A stretch of 59,757 bases of DNA from Chloroflexota bacterium (GTDB taxonomy: Bacteria > Chloroflexota > UBA5177): positions 1 to 59,757 of the forward strand of contig JANWJD010000057.1 in the NCBI GenBank assembly GCA_025449555.1. The letters run 5' to 3'. Positions within the stretch are counted from its first letter, which is position 1. The number at the start of each line of letters is the position of its first letter. Below are positions 37,212-46,393 of the stretch, piece by piece. Under the pieces are notes generated by a model. That model was given only the letters and a program-made list of their open reading frames with translations. It did no database searches and was not told where the DNA came from. The position numbers were made by a program, and so were the translations under genes.

Positions 37212-37916
37212 TTATTCCGGCTTGGTACCCCAGTGGAGTGCGACTGTGCCAAAGTTGAGATAGCGGTACGTCACGCCGCGCAGACCGGCTGACTGCATCA
37301 TGGCGCCCAGGGTTGGCGCATCGGGGAATTCGGACACCGACTCGGGGAGATACGTGTACGCATCTCGGGCTCGAGCCAGCACCTGTCCCAGCCGCGGAAT
37401 GACATGATCCATATAGTGGCGAGCCAGAAGATTGGCCGGAGGCGTCAATTCCAGAATGACCACACGTCTCCCCGGAGCAACCACCCGCGCCATCTCCCGA
37501 ATTCCGCGTAGACGGTCGTCCAGATTCCGCAGTCCGAACCCACACGTAGCCGCGGCAAATGAGTTATCCGAAAACTCAAGTTCCTGCGCATTGCCCACCA
37601 GAAACGAGACCGGCAGATGTCTTCCGGCGGACTTCTGGCGCGCCAGATGCAGCATCGGTTCAGAGAAGTCCACCCCGATCACGTGTCCCTTGGGCGCTAC
37701 CCTTGACGCGAGCTCGAAAGCAAGATCGCCGGTTCCGGTTGCAACATCAACCACCCTGTCGCCCGGACCGACGTTCGCGACTTCAACCGCATCCCGTCGC
37801 CAGCGCTGGTCCTGCCCCATCGTCATCACAAAATTCATGACATCGTATCGGTCGGCGATCGCCGCGAACATTTCAGACACGTACGCGCTACGAGATGTCA
37901 CCCACGGTTTCGACAT
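37212..37916 (-). CDS. ubiE: Demethylmenaquinone/ubiquinone methyltransferase (UbiE/MenG)
   Basis: MF..IA.RYD.MN, VDVATGTGD, GVDFS..ML, FGLRN, Y.YLPESV..FP. Confidence 0.9.
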   Translation of the reverse strand: MSKPWVTSRSAYVSEMFAAIADRYDVMNFVMTMGQDQRWRRDAVEVANVGPGDRVVDVATGTGDLAFELASRVAPKGHVIGVDFSEPMLHLARQKSAGRHLPVSFLVGNAQELEFSDNSFAAATCGFGLRNLDDRLRGIREMARVVAPGRRVVILELTPPANLLARHYMDHVIPRLGQVLARARDAYTYLPESVSEFPDAPTLGAMMQSAGLRGVTYRYLNFGTVALHWGTKPE

Positions 37917-37952
37917 CGTGTTCTGTTGGACCTTTCGAGGATGGGCAAGGCC

Positions 37953-38915
37953 CTACATCGCGGATGCTTCCGCCACCCGTGACGGCATCTGCACCGGCGT
38001 CAGCCAGCTGGAATACTTGGGATTGCGTGCCCTCGCCACATCGAAATACATGCTCTGGAGAGACGACGAAATTGGTCCAACTTCGCCGGTCCCAACTCGC
38101 CGCCGATCGACACTTGTGATGGGTGCTACCTGCACTCCCGTTCCACAAAGAAAAATCTCGTCGGCGGTGTACAGTTCGCTACGTCCCACCGAGCGTTCCA
38201 CGCAGCGCACGCCGAGTTCATCTCTGGCCAGCATCATGACTGCATTGCGCGTGTATCCCTCGAGGATCCCGTCGGCGACTGATGGAGTAACAAGTACGCC
38301 GTCCCGGACGAGGAAAATATTCGCAGCGCTGGCCTCTGAAACATAGCCCAGTTGGTTCAGCACGATCGCTTCGTCGTATCCATTCAGAATCGCTTCGTTC
38401 TTTGCGAGCGCGCTGTTGACATAATTCCCGGTGATCTTTGCACGGCCTGGAATGGCGTTGTCGTCGCTGCGCTTCCAGGAGCTGACACACACCGCGAGAC
38501 CTCGATCCATATCGACGTAGTTCCCGAACGGCGTAACCACGATTGCAGTATCGTCCGCGATTCCCTGCATAGATACACCGATGCTTTCTGAAGACTTATA
38601 GGCGAGCGGACGAATATAGACATCCTCTCGAAACCGGTGCATTCGACACAGCTCGGCCGTGTACTCCACCAGTTCGTCCGCGGTGTACGGCACGTCGATG
38701 AATATCATGCGGGTGTTCTTCAAGAAGCGTACGTAGTGCTCGCGAGCCAGCAAGAGAAACAAGTCTTCTTTATCGGGATTCCAGTAGCCTCGAATGCCTT
38801 CGAACACGCCGGTACCGTAGTTGAGTCCATGGGTCAAAACGCCCACCTTGGCGAGTTCGTAAGGGACGATCTTGCCTTGAAAGAAGGCGTACTTCTGCGT
38901 ACCTGTAGATGTCAC
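37953..38915 (-). CDS. ilvE: Branched-chain amino acid aminotransferase
   Basis: HGLNYGTGVFEG, AKITGNY (PLP Lys), GYDEAI, GILEGYTR, DEIFLCGT; GTG 38915 after GAGGAG preferred over 38963. Confidence 0.93.
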   Translation of the reverse strand: MTSTGTQKYAFFQGKIVPYELAKVGVLTHGLNYGTGVFEGIRGYWNPDKEDLFLLLAREHYVRFLKNTRMIFIDVPYTADELVEYTAELCRMHRFREDVYIRPLAYKSSESIGVSMQGIADDTAIVVTPFGNYVDMDRGLAVCVSSWKRSDDNAIPGRAKITGNYVNSALAKNEAILNGYDEAIVLNQLGYVSEASAANIFLVRDGVLVTPSVADGILEGYTRNAVMMLARDELGVRCVERSVGRSELYTADEIFLCGTGVQVAPITSVDRRRVGTGEVGPISSSLQSMYFDVARARNPKYSSWLTPVQMPSRVAEASAM

Positions 38916-39071
38916 GACGGCATTCTCCTCGAGCAGCACTGGACTATCAGTGAAGCGGGACACAATCAGTATAGAGTCGGTCTAGCGGTTGTTCCGAGTC
39001 GAGCGCCGACGCCGACGAAGCCTCGGATGCGATCGCCATTGACGCAGGCGATTCGCGCGCCAGGCGAGCAT

Positions 39072-39147
39072 TGGTGGGCGCGACAGGACTCGAACCTGTG
39101 ACCACGCGGATGTAAGCCGCGCGCTCTGCCGACTGAGCTACGCGCCC
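39072..39147 (-). tRNA. trnV: tRNA-Val (anticodon TAC), 76 nt, CCA encoded
   Basis: GGGCGCG/CGCGCCC acceptor stem, GCTC/GAGC D stem, CGCGG-CTTACAT-CCGCG anticodon arm, ACAGG-TTCGAGT-CCTGT T arm, ACCA end. Confidence 0.97.
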
Positions 39148-39329
39148 TTGCAGCCAACTCGATCGAACCGTCCATTGTATGAAATGCCGTCGGGCAGCCC
39201 CCAACCTTGTCCCGTGCGGGAGCAAAGGCGCAGGCGGCGGCGCAAAGGCATCGGCGTAGCGAGCGTTTCTATAATACTGCGACTTGAATACCCTCGGCTG
39301 CGCCGGCAGTCGATAGATGGAGAGAGGGA

Positions 39330-40535
39330 TTGAGCCAAAAGGAATCAATACGCGACGTCGACGTGGCCGGAAAGCGAGTTTTCGTGCGCGTGGACTTCAA
39401 TGTACCCATTCACGGTGGAACGATCTCCGACGATACGCGGATCAGAGCTGCCGTGCCCACGATTCAGTATTTGCTCGACCACGGCGCCTCCGTGATCCTC
39501 GCATCGCACCTCGGCCGTCCCGGGGGCCGGGTGCAAGATGATTTGAAGCTCGCCCCGGTGGCCGATCGGCTGGGTGAGATACTCAGGATCCCGGTTCAGG
39601 TGGCCCCTGACTCAGTCGGAGGCGAGACCGCGAGCCTCGCTCACGCGCTGCAACCGGGCGACGTTCTGATGCTTGAGAACGTGAGGTTTCATCCCGAGGA
39701 GGAGTCCAACGACGCCGGCTACGCCCGTGATCTGGCCGAGCTTGCCAACCTGTACGTCGATGATGCTTTCGGCTCAGCGCATCGCGCGCATGCCTCAACC
39801 GAGGGCATCACTCACTTCCTGACGTCCGTGGCCGGCTTGCTCATGGAGCGGGAACTCACTGCGCTCGGCAGTGTGATCAACCATCCCGACAGACCGCTGG
39901 TTGCCATCATTGGTGGCGCCAAGATATCGAGCAAAATCGGCGTATTGACACACTTGCTGGATCTCACCGATTCATTTCTGATCGGCGGAGGCATGGCGAA
40001 CACGCTGCTGAAAGCGCAGGGCCACGAAGTCGGTGACTCCTTGATCGAGGAGGACAAGCTCGACGAGGCACGGTCCTTTCTCGATCTGGCGCGCTCGCGC
40101 GCACGCCAGGTCGAATTGCCGCGGGATGTGGTCGTCGTGCGCGAGGTGTCAACCGAAGCGGAGCGAAAGACCGTTCGAGTTGAAGACGTGGAGACGGGTT
40201 GGAAGATAGTCGACATCGGTCCCGACACGGTGGCCTCGTTCGGTGACTTTATCGGCCATGCGGGGACGGTCGTGTGGAACGGCCCCATGGGCATCTTCGA
40301 GCTCGAGCCATTTGCGGCCGGCACTCGTGCCGTGGCGCGCGCGGTAGCTGCGAGTAATGCCAGGTCGATTGTCGGTGGAGGAGACTCCGTGGCCGCAGTC
40401 GAGGAGGCCGGCCTGGCAGACCGTATGACTCACATCTCTACCGGTGGCGGGGCCTCACTCGAGTTTCTCGAAGGGCGGACACTTCCCGGTGTTGCTGCCC
40501 TACAGGACGCACCAGTAAGGGGGGTAACGCCATGA
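39330..40535 (+). CDS. pgk: Phosphoglycerate kinase
   Basis: RVDFNVP, SHLGRP, LENVRF, DAFGSAHR, GGAKIS, WNGPMG, GGGDS, STGGGASLE. Confidence 0.97.
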   Translation: MSQKESIRDVDVAGKRVFVRVDFNVPIHGGTISDDTRIRAAVPTIQYLLDHGASVILASHLGRPGGRVQDDLKLAPVADRLGEILRIPVQVAPDSVGGETASLAHALQPGDVLMLENVRFHPEEESNDAGYARDLAELANLYVDDAFGSAHRAHASTEGITHFLTSVAGLLMERELTALGSVINHPDRPLVAIIGGAKISSKIGVLTHLLDLTDSFLIGGGMANTLLKAQGHEVGDSLIEEDKLDEARSFLDLARSRARQVELPRDVVVVREVSTEAERKTVRVEDVETGWKIVDIGPDTVASFGDFIGHAGTVVWNGPMGIFELEPFAAGTRAVARAVAASNARSIVGGGDSVAAVEEAGLADRMTHISTGGGASLEFLEGRTLPGVAALQDAPVRGVTP

Positions 40536-40888
40536 AAGTTCCAGAGTCGGACGATTCGCAGCCTGTCTCGTGGTTAACGATCCGGGCTGCAACACCCGTT
40601 TTTTCATCGGACGGCGAAGAGGTGGGAAGCGTCCATGAAGTGTTGGGTTCAGAGCAAGCAGATATCTTTCACGGCATTGTCGTACGGTCCGGACTGCTCG
40701 GTAAAGACGCAGTAGTGCCTGGAGAGAAAATCAGCGGCATGACCGACAGCCGCATCGACCTCAGTCTCTCGGCCGAGGAAGTGCGCGCTCTCGAGCCGTT
40801 CAGAGAAGAAGAGTCCTATCACCTGGGCATCATCGGAATCTTCCGCCACAGGATTGGATGGGTGTCGGAAGGCCGTGATCCCGAGTAG
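40532..40888 (+). CDS. PRC-barrel/DUF2171-like hypothetical protein
   Basis: TPVFSSDGEEVGSVHEV...DIFHGIVV; ATGA overlap with the pgk stop. Confidence 0.65.
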   Translation: MKVPESDDSQPVSWLTIRAATPVFSSDGEEVGSVHEVLGSEQADIFHGIVVRSGLLGKDAVVPGEKISGMTDSRIDLSLSAEEVRALEPFREEESYHLGIIGIFRHRIGWVSEGRDPE

Positions 40889-41032
40889 GAGGGGAGTAGC
40901 AGCGTTACGAATTGGGCCAGTGCCGCGTTAGTTGGTAGACACATTGCCCATCTATACCGCGATGCCGGATCGTGTCGATGGACCCTGCGAGGTTGGTTCC
41001 GGCTCATACGCCCTGAGGAGGGATAGAAGCGC

Positions 41033-42403
41033 ATGAAAAACGGGTTGAGACTGATCGTACCGGTGCTGGGAGCGGGTGCCCTGATCACGTCAGTGTTCTC
41101 CGGAGCTCTGGCAAGCCATTCGCCTGCTCCCCGCGAATTTCTTCGCACTGCGGTGAAATCGTACACGGTGAACGGAAAATTGACCGTCACGGACGTATTG
41201 CGTGTCAACAAAAATCAAAGCGTGTATGGGCGTCAGTACGCTCACGGCGGGCTACAGATCTGGAAGGGAATGACGGTGACCAACGGAGGATTAACGGTCA
41301 CCAGCGGAGGCGTGACGGCCGACGCTTTGAATGTCAAAGGAGCGCTGAGTGCCGCCAGTGCCACGCTGGCCGGCAACTTACAGACCGGTACACTCCAGTC
41401 AGGAGCGATCAATGGGTCAACCCTCGCGTTGACCGGCGCCGCCACGATCGGTGGAGTATTGAACGCCGCCGGAAGAGTAACCGGCAATGGCGTGGACGCG
41501 GGATCCGGCGGCCTGACGACGACCGGCAATATAGCGGGGTCCGGCTTTAGCGCTTCATCGATTACTGACTCTGGAGCTCTGTCGGCCGGTAGTTTGACCA
41601 CGAGCGGGTCGCTTTCCGCCGGCAGCGCGGCGTTCAGCAACCTCCAGGTCTCAGGCGCCGTGAATTTCACGAATGCCACCGTGACGGGCCTCAATTTGAG
41701 CAGTCTCAACCTGAGCGGATCGACTCTATCATCCCTCACGCTCGGTAACACCTCGAGTTCGTCCGCCCCACTCAACCTGGGCGCGAACGGCCGAACGATC
41801 GCGCTGGGTGTAAGCAGCAACGGGGCACTGGCTCTTGATAACCTCGCCGTCAATTCAAGTCTGGCCGTCGGAGGCAGCGCGTCGATCGGTGGAAATCTCT
41901 CGATCGGGGGAAGTGGTGGACTCACGACCGGCGTGGTGACTGCCCCGACCCCATCCGGCTCGTCGACTCCGAGCACGCTGGCGCTTGCCGGCAGCACGAT
42001 CGCACTCAACGGAAACACGATTCACAACGGAAACACGACACTGGCGCAAGGCAAAGATCTCATTCTCTCCACCTCGATCGGAGCAGCCACCCACGTCACG
42101 GCCGCGGGCGATACGGATGTGGCTGGAGTGCTCTCCGTCACTCCTGCAGCCAGTGTTACCAGCCCGGGTCCCGCTGTCGGGACGGCACAGTACAACTTTA
42201 CCGAGCCCTATACGACGGCACCGAACGTGGTCGTCTCTGCCTCCAGCAACCCGCTGCAGAGCGCACAGGTCCCGGCCGTATGGGTGACGTTGAATGTCAA
42301 CTCGAGCAGCCAGTACACCGGCTTCATCCTGCACTACCAGGTGCCGTCCACCACTTCTAACCCGGCCACGGTCACGTACAACTACCACGTAATCGGTTCA
42401 TAA
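41033..42403 (+). CDS. Secreted Gly/Ser/Thr/Ala-rich beta-repeat protein with possible lectin/fibre-tip C-terminal domain
   Basis: Signal peptide ending GALA; Cys-free, almost uncharged repetitive core; C-terminal YNFTEPYTTAPNVVVSA...YHVIG; SD GAGGAGG. Confidence 0.75.
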   Translation: MKNGLRLIVPVLGAGALITSVFSGALASHSPAPREFLRTAVKSYTVNGKLTVTDVLRVNKNQSVYGRQYAHGGLQIWKGMTVTNGGLTVTSGGVTADALNVKGALSAASATLAGNLQTGTLQSGAINGSTLALTGAATIGGVLNAAGRVTGNGVDAGSGGLTTTGNIAGSGFSASSITDSGALSAGSLTTSGSLSAGSAAFSNLQVSGAVNFTNATVTGLNLSSLNLSGSTLSSLTLGNTSSSSAPLNLGANGRTIALGVSSNGALALDNLAVNSSLAVGGSASIGGNLSIGGSGGLTTGVVTAPTPSGSSTPSTLALAGSTIALNGNTIHNGNTTLAQGKDLILSTSIGAATHVTAAGDTDVAGVLSVTPAASVTSPGPAVGTAQYNFTEPYTTAPNVVVSASSNPLQSAQVPAVWVTLNVNSSSQYTGFILHYQVPSTTSNPATVTYNYHVIGS

Positions 42404-42430
42404 CCACTGCGAGCAACCACGCGACATGGA

Positions 42431-42464
42431 GGCGGGGCTGCTGCGCAAGCCGCAGTGTCCCGCC
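42431..42464. terminator. GC-rich hairpin between convergent genes
   Basis: GGCGGG...TGCG-CAAG-C-CGCA...CCCGCC imperfect stem-loop downstream of both flanking genes. Confidence 0.4.
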
Positions 42465-42590
42465 GCCCGGCGTCCTGCCTCATAATCGATCCCGATGCGA
42501 CCACATATCCGTGGCGTCGTGCCGCCGTGCCACCTGAGTCTCCCTCGGGTTGACACGCGCTTGCCCCCGGCCTACTCCGATTGCCTGCGT

Positions 42591-44765
42591 TCAGCCGGAC
42601 GTCGCCGGCATACGTTCTTCCGAAACCGCGTGATGGTTGGCTCCGGCCGGGTGAACGACGATGTCGAATTCATCCGGGTTATCCATAATCTCCATGAGAA
42701 CCGACGTTCCGTCACGCACCAGGCGCAGACTGAGGTGGGAGCCTCCCACACAGAGGTCACGAACGGCGATCTCATTCAAGCAGGATGGAAGAGCGGGAGT
42801 AAGATCGACGCGCTTGGCAAACGGCGCCGCGGCCACACCGAGAATCGTTTGCAATAACGAAAAGATAGCTCCCGCCGACCACGCTTGGGGACGGCACGCA
42901 TCCGGTTGTCTCGCCAGTACGCCACCCACTTCCCGACTTACTCCTGCGTACACCTCGGGCCACCGCCGGTACTCGAACGAGAGCGAAGCATCGATCAGGG
43001 AGTCGAGCACTGCTTGCGTCTCTATGACATAGCCGTACTTCTTCAGCCCTGACGCGATCAATGCATTCTCAAACGGCCAGATAGAGCCGTTGTGATAGCT
43101 GAACGGGTTATAAGCCGGTTCCGCATTGGACATGGTCCTCACGCCCCATGAGGTGAACAGTCGCTCCGACATCAAGGTATCGATGAATGCGGCGGCGTGC
43201 TCCTCGTCGATCAGCCGCGCCCACAGGCACTCGGCAGGGTTGGACGTGATCGAGTCGACCTGCCGATGGTGGCCGTCGAGGGCCATTGCATAGTAGTTCT
43301 TGTCAGGCATCCAGAAGTCCTGGTTGAACTTCGTTTTCAAGACCGCGGCTCTGGTTGCCAGCCGGTATCCTTCCTCGGCCATCGACTCAGAGGCCGGCAT
43401 CGCGCCGTAGACTTCGGCCCAAATGTGGAGCGCCCGATAGAGGTCCCCTTGCACCTCCGCGAGGCTGACCGGGTGGTCGGTGACCATGGTACCGTCGGAG
43501 TAAGCGACCGCCGTGGAGCTGTCTTTCCAACCCTGATTGAATAGACCCACCGTGAGGGCGGCGGAGCTTACCTTGGGCGGTGTGTGGGCCTGGTACTGCA
43601 CGTAACCCGAACCATCGATATCCCCGTACCTATCGATCCACTCCCATGCTGCGTCGAAATTCGGCTTCAACTCGTGGTACAGAGATAGATCACCGGTCCA
43701 TCGGAGATACTCCCCGGCCAGCACCAGAAACAAGACCGTCGAATCTACCGAACCGTAGAACAGGCCAAAAGGCACCTCTTTCAAGCGAGCAAGCTCGCCT
43801 GTGTGCATCTCGTGCATGATCTTCCCTGGCTGTTCGTAGTTCCAGGGATTGACCTCCTTACCCTGTCGCGCGGCCAGAAACCGAAGCACGTTGCGCGCAA
43901 GCTGTGGATTCCACGTCAGAGTCTCGAGTCCAGTGATCAGCGCGTCCCGCCCAAATGGCACGGCGAAACGAGGAAGACCGGCGGCCGGCACCCAGGCATC
44001 ATCAAATTCGGTCAGCAAGACCTCGAGGTCGTCGATGCTTCGGGCAATGATCGCATCGATCGTTACATTGCTGGTGAAGAAAACAGCGGCGTCGTCGAAC
44101 CACTCCGGCTTCGGTGTGCGCACCACATGTGGCTGGGGCTGCAGGCTCACGCCTTCTGGAGCTTCTTCCACCAGACTGATTTCTAGCATGATCACCTGGC
44201 GCTCTGCACGGTCGAGACCGACGTCGAATCGCAGGCGACCATCCTCGAAACTCTTCATGTTGGGTTTCACGTCGACGCGGGTGCGGCGTGTCACTTTGTC
44301 CAGGCCGATGTACTGCAGTTCAAGGTGGTCGGGCGAATGTTGCACCGGGAGCGTCTCGCCACGTTTCAGGCGTTTTACCCCTCGCGCTTCGAAAGAATCG
44401 AAGAAATCGCTTCCGACGGCGATTTCGAACAGGAACTCAACCGGCTGAAGCGACCAGTTGACCAGCGTGATTTCCACCTGGATTGCCGCTTCTCCGATCG
44501 TGTTCCGCTGCAGACAACCGATCGCGCGAGCCGGGATGGTTTCGAGCGCGGGATTCGTGTGCAAATATGAAGCTTGAAAGAGGATTTCCTCACTTGAACC
44601 CATGAGAACCGGAGGTTCTCCACCGATGAAGAGCTGAAAGTTGCTGAGGTACCGAGTGTCGGCCAGAAACAACCCCTGACTGGCACTCGACCCAGGATCC
44701 ATCGAGCCGTCTTCATGAGTCGCCACCACCACCGGGCCTCGCTTGACTATTCGACGATGCTGCAC
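42591..44765 (-). CDS. Amylo-alpha-1,6-glucosidase / glycogen-debranching-like glycoside hydrolase
   Basis: GLFLADTRYLS N-domain, AAGLPRF..PFGRD, EQPGKIMHE, YGSVDST.LF, NQGWKDS, SYHNGSIWP, CRPQAWS; perfect SD GGAGGTGAT. Confidence 0.9.
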   Translation of the reverse strand: MQHRRIVKRGPVVVATHEDGSMDPGSSASQGLFLADTRYLSNFQLFIGGEPPVLMGSSEEILFQASYLHTNPALETIPARAIGCLQRNTIGEAAIQVEITLVNWSLQPVEFLFEIAVGSDFFDSFEARGVKRLKRGETLPVQHSPDHLELQYIGLDKVTRRTRVDVKPNMKSFEDGRLRFDVGLDRAERQVIMLEISLVEEAPEGVSLQPQPHVVRTPKPEWFDDAAVFFTSNVTIDAIIARSIDDLEVLLTEFDDAWVPAAGLPRFAVPFGRDALITGLETLTWNPQLARNVLRFLAARQGKEVNPWNYEQPGKIMHEMHTGELARLKEVPFGLFYGSVDSTVLFLVLAGEYLRWTGDLSLYHELKPNFDAAWEWIDRYGDIDGSGYVQYQAHTPPKVSSAALTVGLFNQGWKDSSTAVAYSDGTMVTDHPVSLAEVQGDLYRALHIWAEVYGAMPASESMAEEGYRLATRAAVLKTKFNQDFWMPDKNYYAMALDGHHRQVDSITSNPAECLWARLIDEEHAAAFIDTLMSERLFTSWGVRTMSNAEPAYNPFSYHNGSIWPFENALIASGLKKYGYVIETQAVLDSLIDASLSFEYRRWPEVYAGVSREVGGVLARQPDACRPQAWSAGAIFSLLQTILGVAAAPFAKRVDLTPALPSCLNEIAVRDLCVGGSHLSLRLVRDGTSVLMEIMDNPDEFDIVVHPAGANHHAVSEERMPATSG

Positions 44766-44792
44766 CCTATATCACCTCCGCAGCTAGATGTA

Positions 44793-45017
44793 TCAAGGGT
44801 AAAGGCTGTCACCGTTTCTCCACAGGTAGATCGCCTGCGTGGGACATTCTTGCGCCGCGGCCAGGAGACGTTCCTCACTTTCCTCCTCAGGCTCGAGCAC
44901 TTCGGCCTTCATACTCTGGTCCAGCCCAAACGCCTGAGGCGCCAGAACGAAACATGGACCGCTGCCCACGCACAACGACCGGTCTATGGTCGCGTGGATC
45001 CCATGAATCTTTTGCAA
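44793..45017 (-). CDS. Single-cluster ferredoxin, probably [3Fe-4S]
   Basis: IDRSLCVGSGPC (CxxSxxC) and ECPTQAI; SD GGAGAGGAG. Confidence 0.88.
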   Translation of the reverse strand: MQKIHGIHATIDRSLCVGSGPCFVLAPQAFGLDQSMKAEVLEPEEESEERLLAAAQECPTQAIYLWRNGDSLYP

Positions 45018-45106
45018 TTCTGTCTCCTCTCCGGGTTGCCCCTGGGCGAATTATGTCCGTAGTATGGTGGGTTGATGAGGGATAGATTTTTCAAGCGAAC
45101 CGCCCA

Positions 45107-46393
45107 TTGACCCGCAACGCCGTTCTCGGCGGAGGCGCACTGGGGCTCACTGCAGCCTTACGACTCGTCCAACGGGGCGAAGAAGTGACCCTGTACGAAC
45201 GCGAGCCCGTTCCCGGCGGTCTCGCGGCCGGGTTCCGGGTTGGGCCGTCGTATCTGGAAAAGTTCTATCACCATCTTTTTCGCTCCGATACGCACGCTGT
45301 CGCCATGATCGAGGAGCTTGGGCTGGGTGACAAATTGGTCTGGCCGCGTCCCCTGACCAGCACACTGATTGGGGGCAAGCCGCAGCAGCTCGACTCCGCC
45401 CTCAGCCTGCTACGATTCACCCCGCTGCCGTTCCAGGATCGGTTGCGCCTCGGTTTCGCCCTGCTCTACCTGCGACGTGAGCCCAATTATCACCGGCTCG
45501 AACACACTACGGCTGAAGCCTGGATCCGCCGCTACATGGGTGAACGTGTCTTTGAGGTGCTCTGGCAACCGCTCTTGCGCTCCAAGTTTGGCGACCGTGC
45601 CTCCGAAATCGCCATGCCATGGTTCTGGGCCAGAACGCACTTTCGCAGCACGTCCCTGGGATACCTGCGCGGCGGGTTTCAGCAGTTATACGATTCCCTC
45701 GTCGGCGCGATCGAAACTCTCGGCGGAGCGACGTGTTTTGGCACGGAGGTGCAGGCGATCATCCCTCATTACGACGGAACCTTGTCGGTTCGAACGGCTG
45801 CGGGCGAGGAGCGCTTCGACCGCGTCATCTCGACCCTTCCGACCAGGCTCACTATCAATTTGACCCAGGAACTGCAGGGAGAGTATGAGCGACAGTACGG
45901 AACGCTGCAGTCGTACGGCGCACATTGCGCTGTCCTGATGCTCGATCGACCGCTGACGGATATTTATTGGTTGAACATCAATGATCCTGGATACCCGTTC
46001 CTCGCTTTGGTGGAACACACCAATTACATGCCGCCGGAGGATTACGACGGAAAGCGCATCGTCTACCTGGGAAACTATCTTCCCATGACCAACGAATTGT
46101 TCTCCATGTCTCCGGAAGACATCCTGGCGCGCTACGTTCCCGCCTTGAAGCGGGTCAATCCTTCCTTCGACGAGAGCTGGATTACCGAGTACCAGATGTT
46201 TAAAGCGCCGTTTGCTCAGCCGATCGTCACGCTCGGTTACCCCGATCGATTACCCGCGCATCAAACTCCGGTGATGAACCTCTACCTGGCCAACATGTCG
46301 CAGGTCTACCCACAGGACCGGGGTCAAAACTACAGCATTGCCATGGCAGAGAGACTCATTGAGAGCCTCCCTGTTGCCACGTCGCGTTTATGA
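45107..46393 (+). CDS. NAD(P)/FAD-dependent oxidoreductase (amine-oxidase/PPO-like superfamily), substrate unknown
   Basis: Rossmann GGGALGL..A...E...PGGLA, LEKFYHHLF, LGYLRGGF, YP.DRGQNYSI. Confidence 0.85.
   Translation: MTRNAVLGGGALGLTAALRLVQRGEEVTLYEREPVPGGLAAGFRVGPSYLEKFYHHLFRSDTHAVAMIEELGLGDKLVWPRPLTSTLIGGKPQQLDSALSLLRFTPLPFQDRLRLGFALLYLRREPNYHRLEHTTAEAWIRRYMGERVFEVLWQPLLRSKFGDRASEIAMPWFWARTHFRSTSLGYLRGGFQQLYDSLVGAIETLGGATCFGTEVQAIIPHYDGTLSVRTAAGEERFDRVISTLPTRLTINLTQELQGEYERQYGTLQSYGAHCAVLMLDRPLTDIYWLNINDPGYPFLALVEHTNYMPPEDYDGKRIVYLGNYLPMTNELFSMSPEDILARYVPALKRVNPSFDESWITEYQMFKAPFAQPIVTLGYPDRLPAHQTPVMNLYLANMSQVYPQDRGQNYSIAMAERLIESLPVATSRL

Noticed and set aside
34349-37252. Long antisense ORFs (426 and 454 aa) opposite ppdK; similar shadows opposite secA, gdhA, glyQS and the ABC genes
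   Set aside because: Expected stop-poor antisense frames of GC-rich conserved genes; no motifs and no SD.
39072-39147. tRNA-Val as a prophage or island attachment site
   Set aside because: No integrase in the window, housekeeping genes on both sides, and no duplicated 3' end noticed.
40964-41003. GCCGGA...TCCGGC stem in the leader of the secreted beta-repeat gene as a riboswitch
   Set aside because: No recognisable aptamer consensus; such stems are common at this GC content.
41033-42403. Twelve N-X-S/T sequons in the secreted beta-repeat protein as evidence of N-glycosylation
   Set aside because: 12 of 34 Asn is close to what the very high Ser/Thr content would give by chance.
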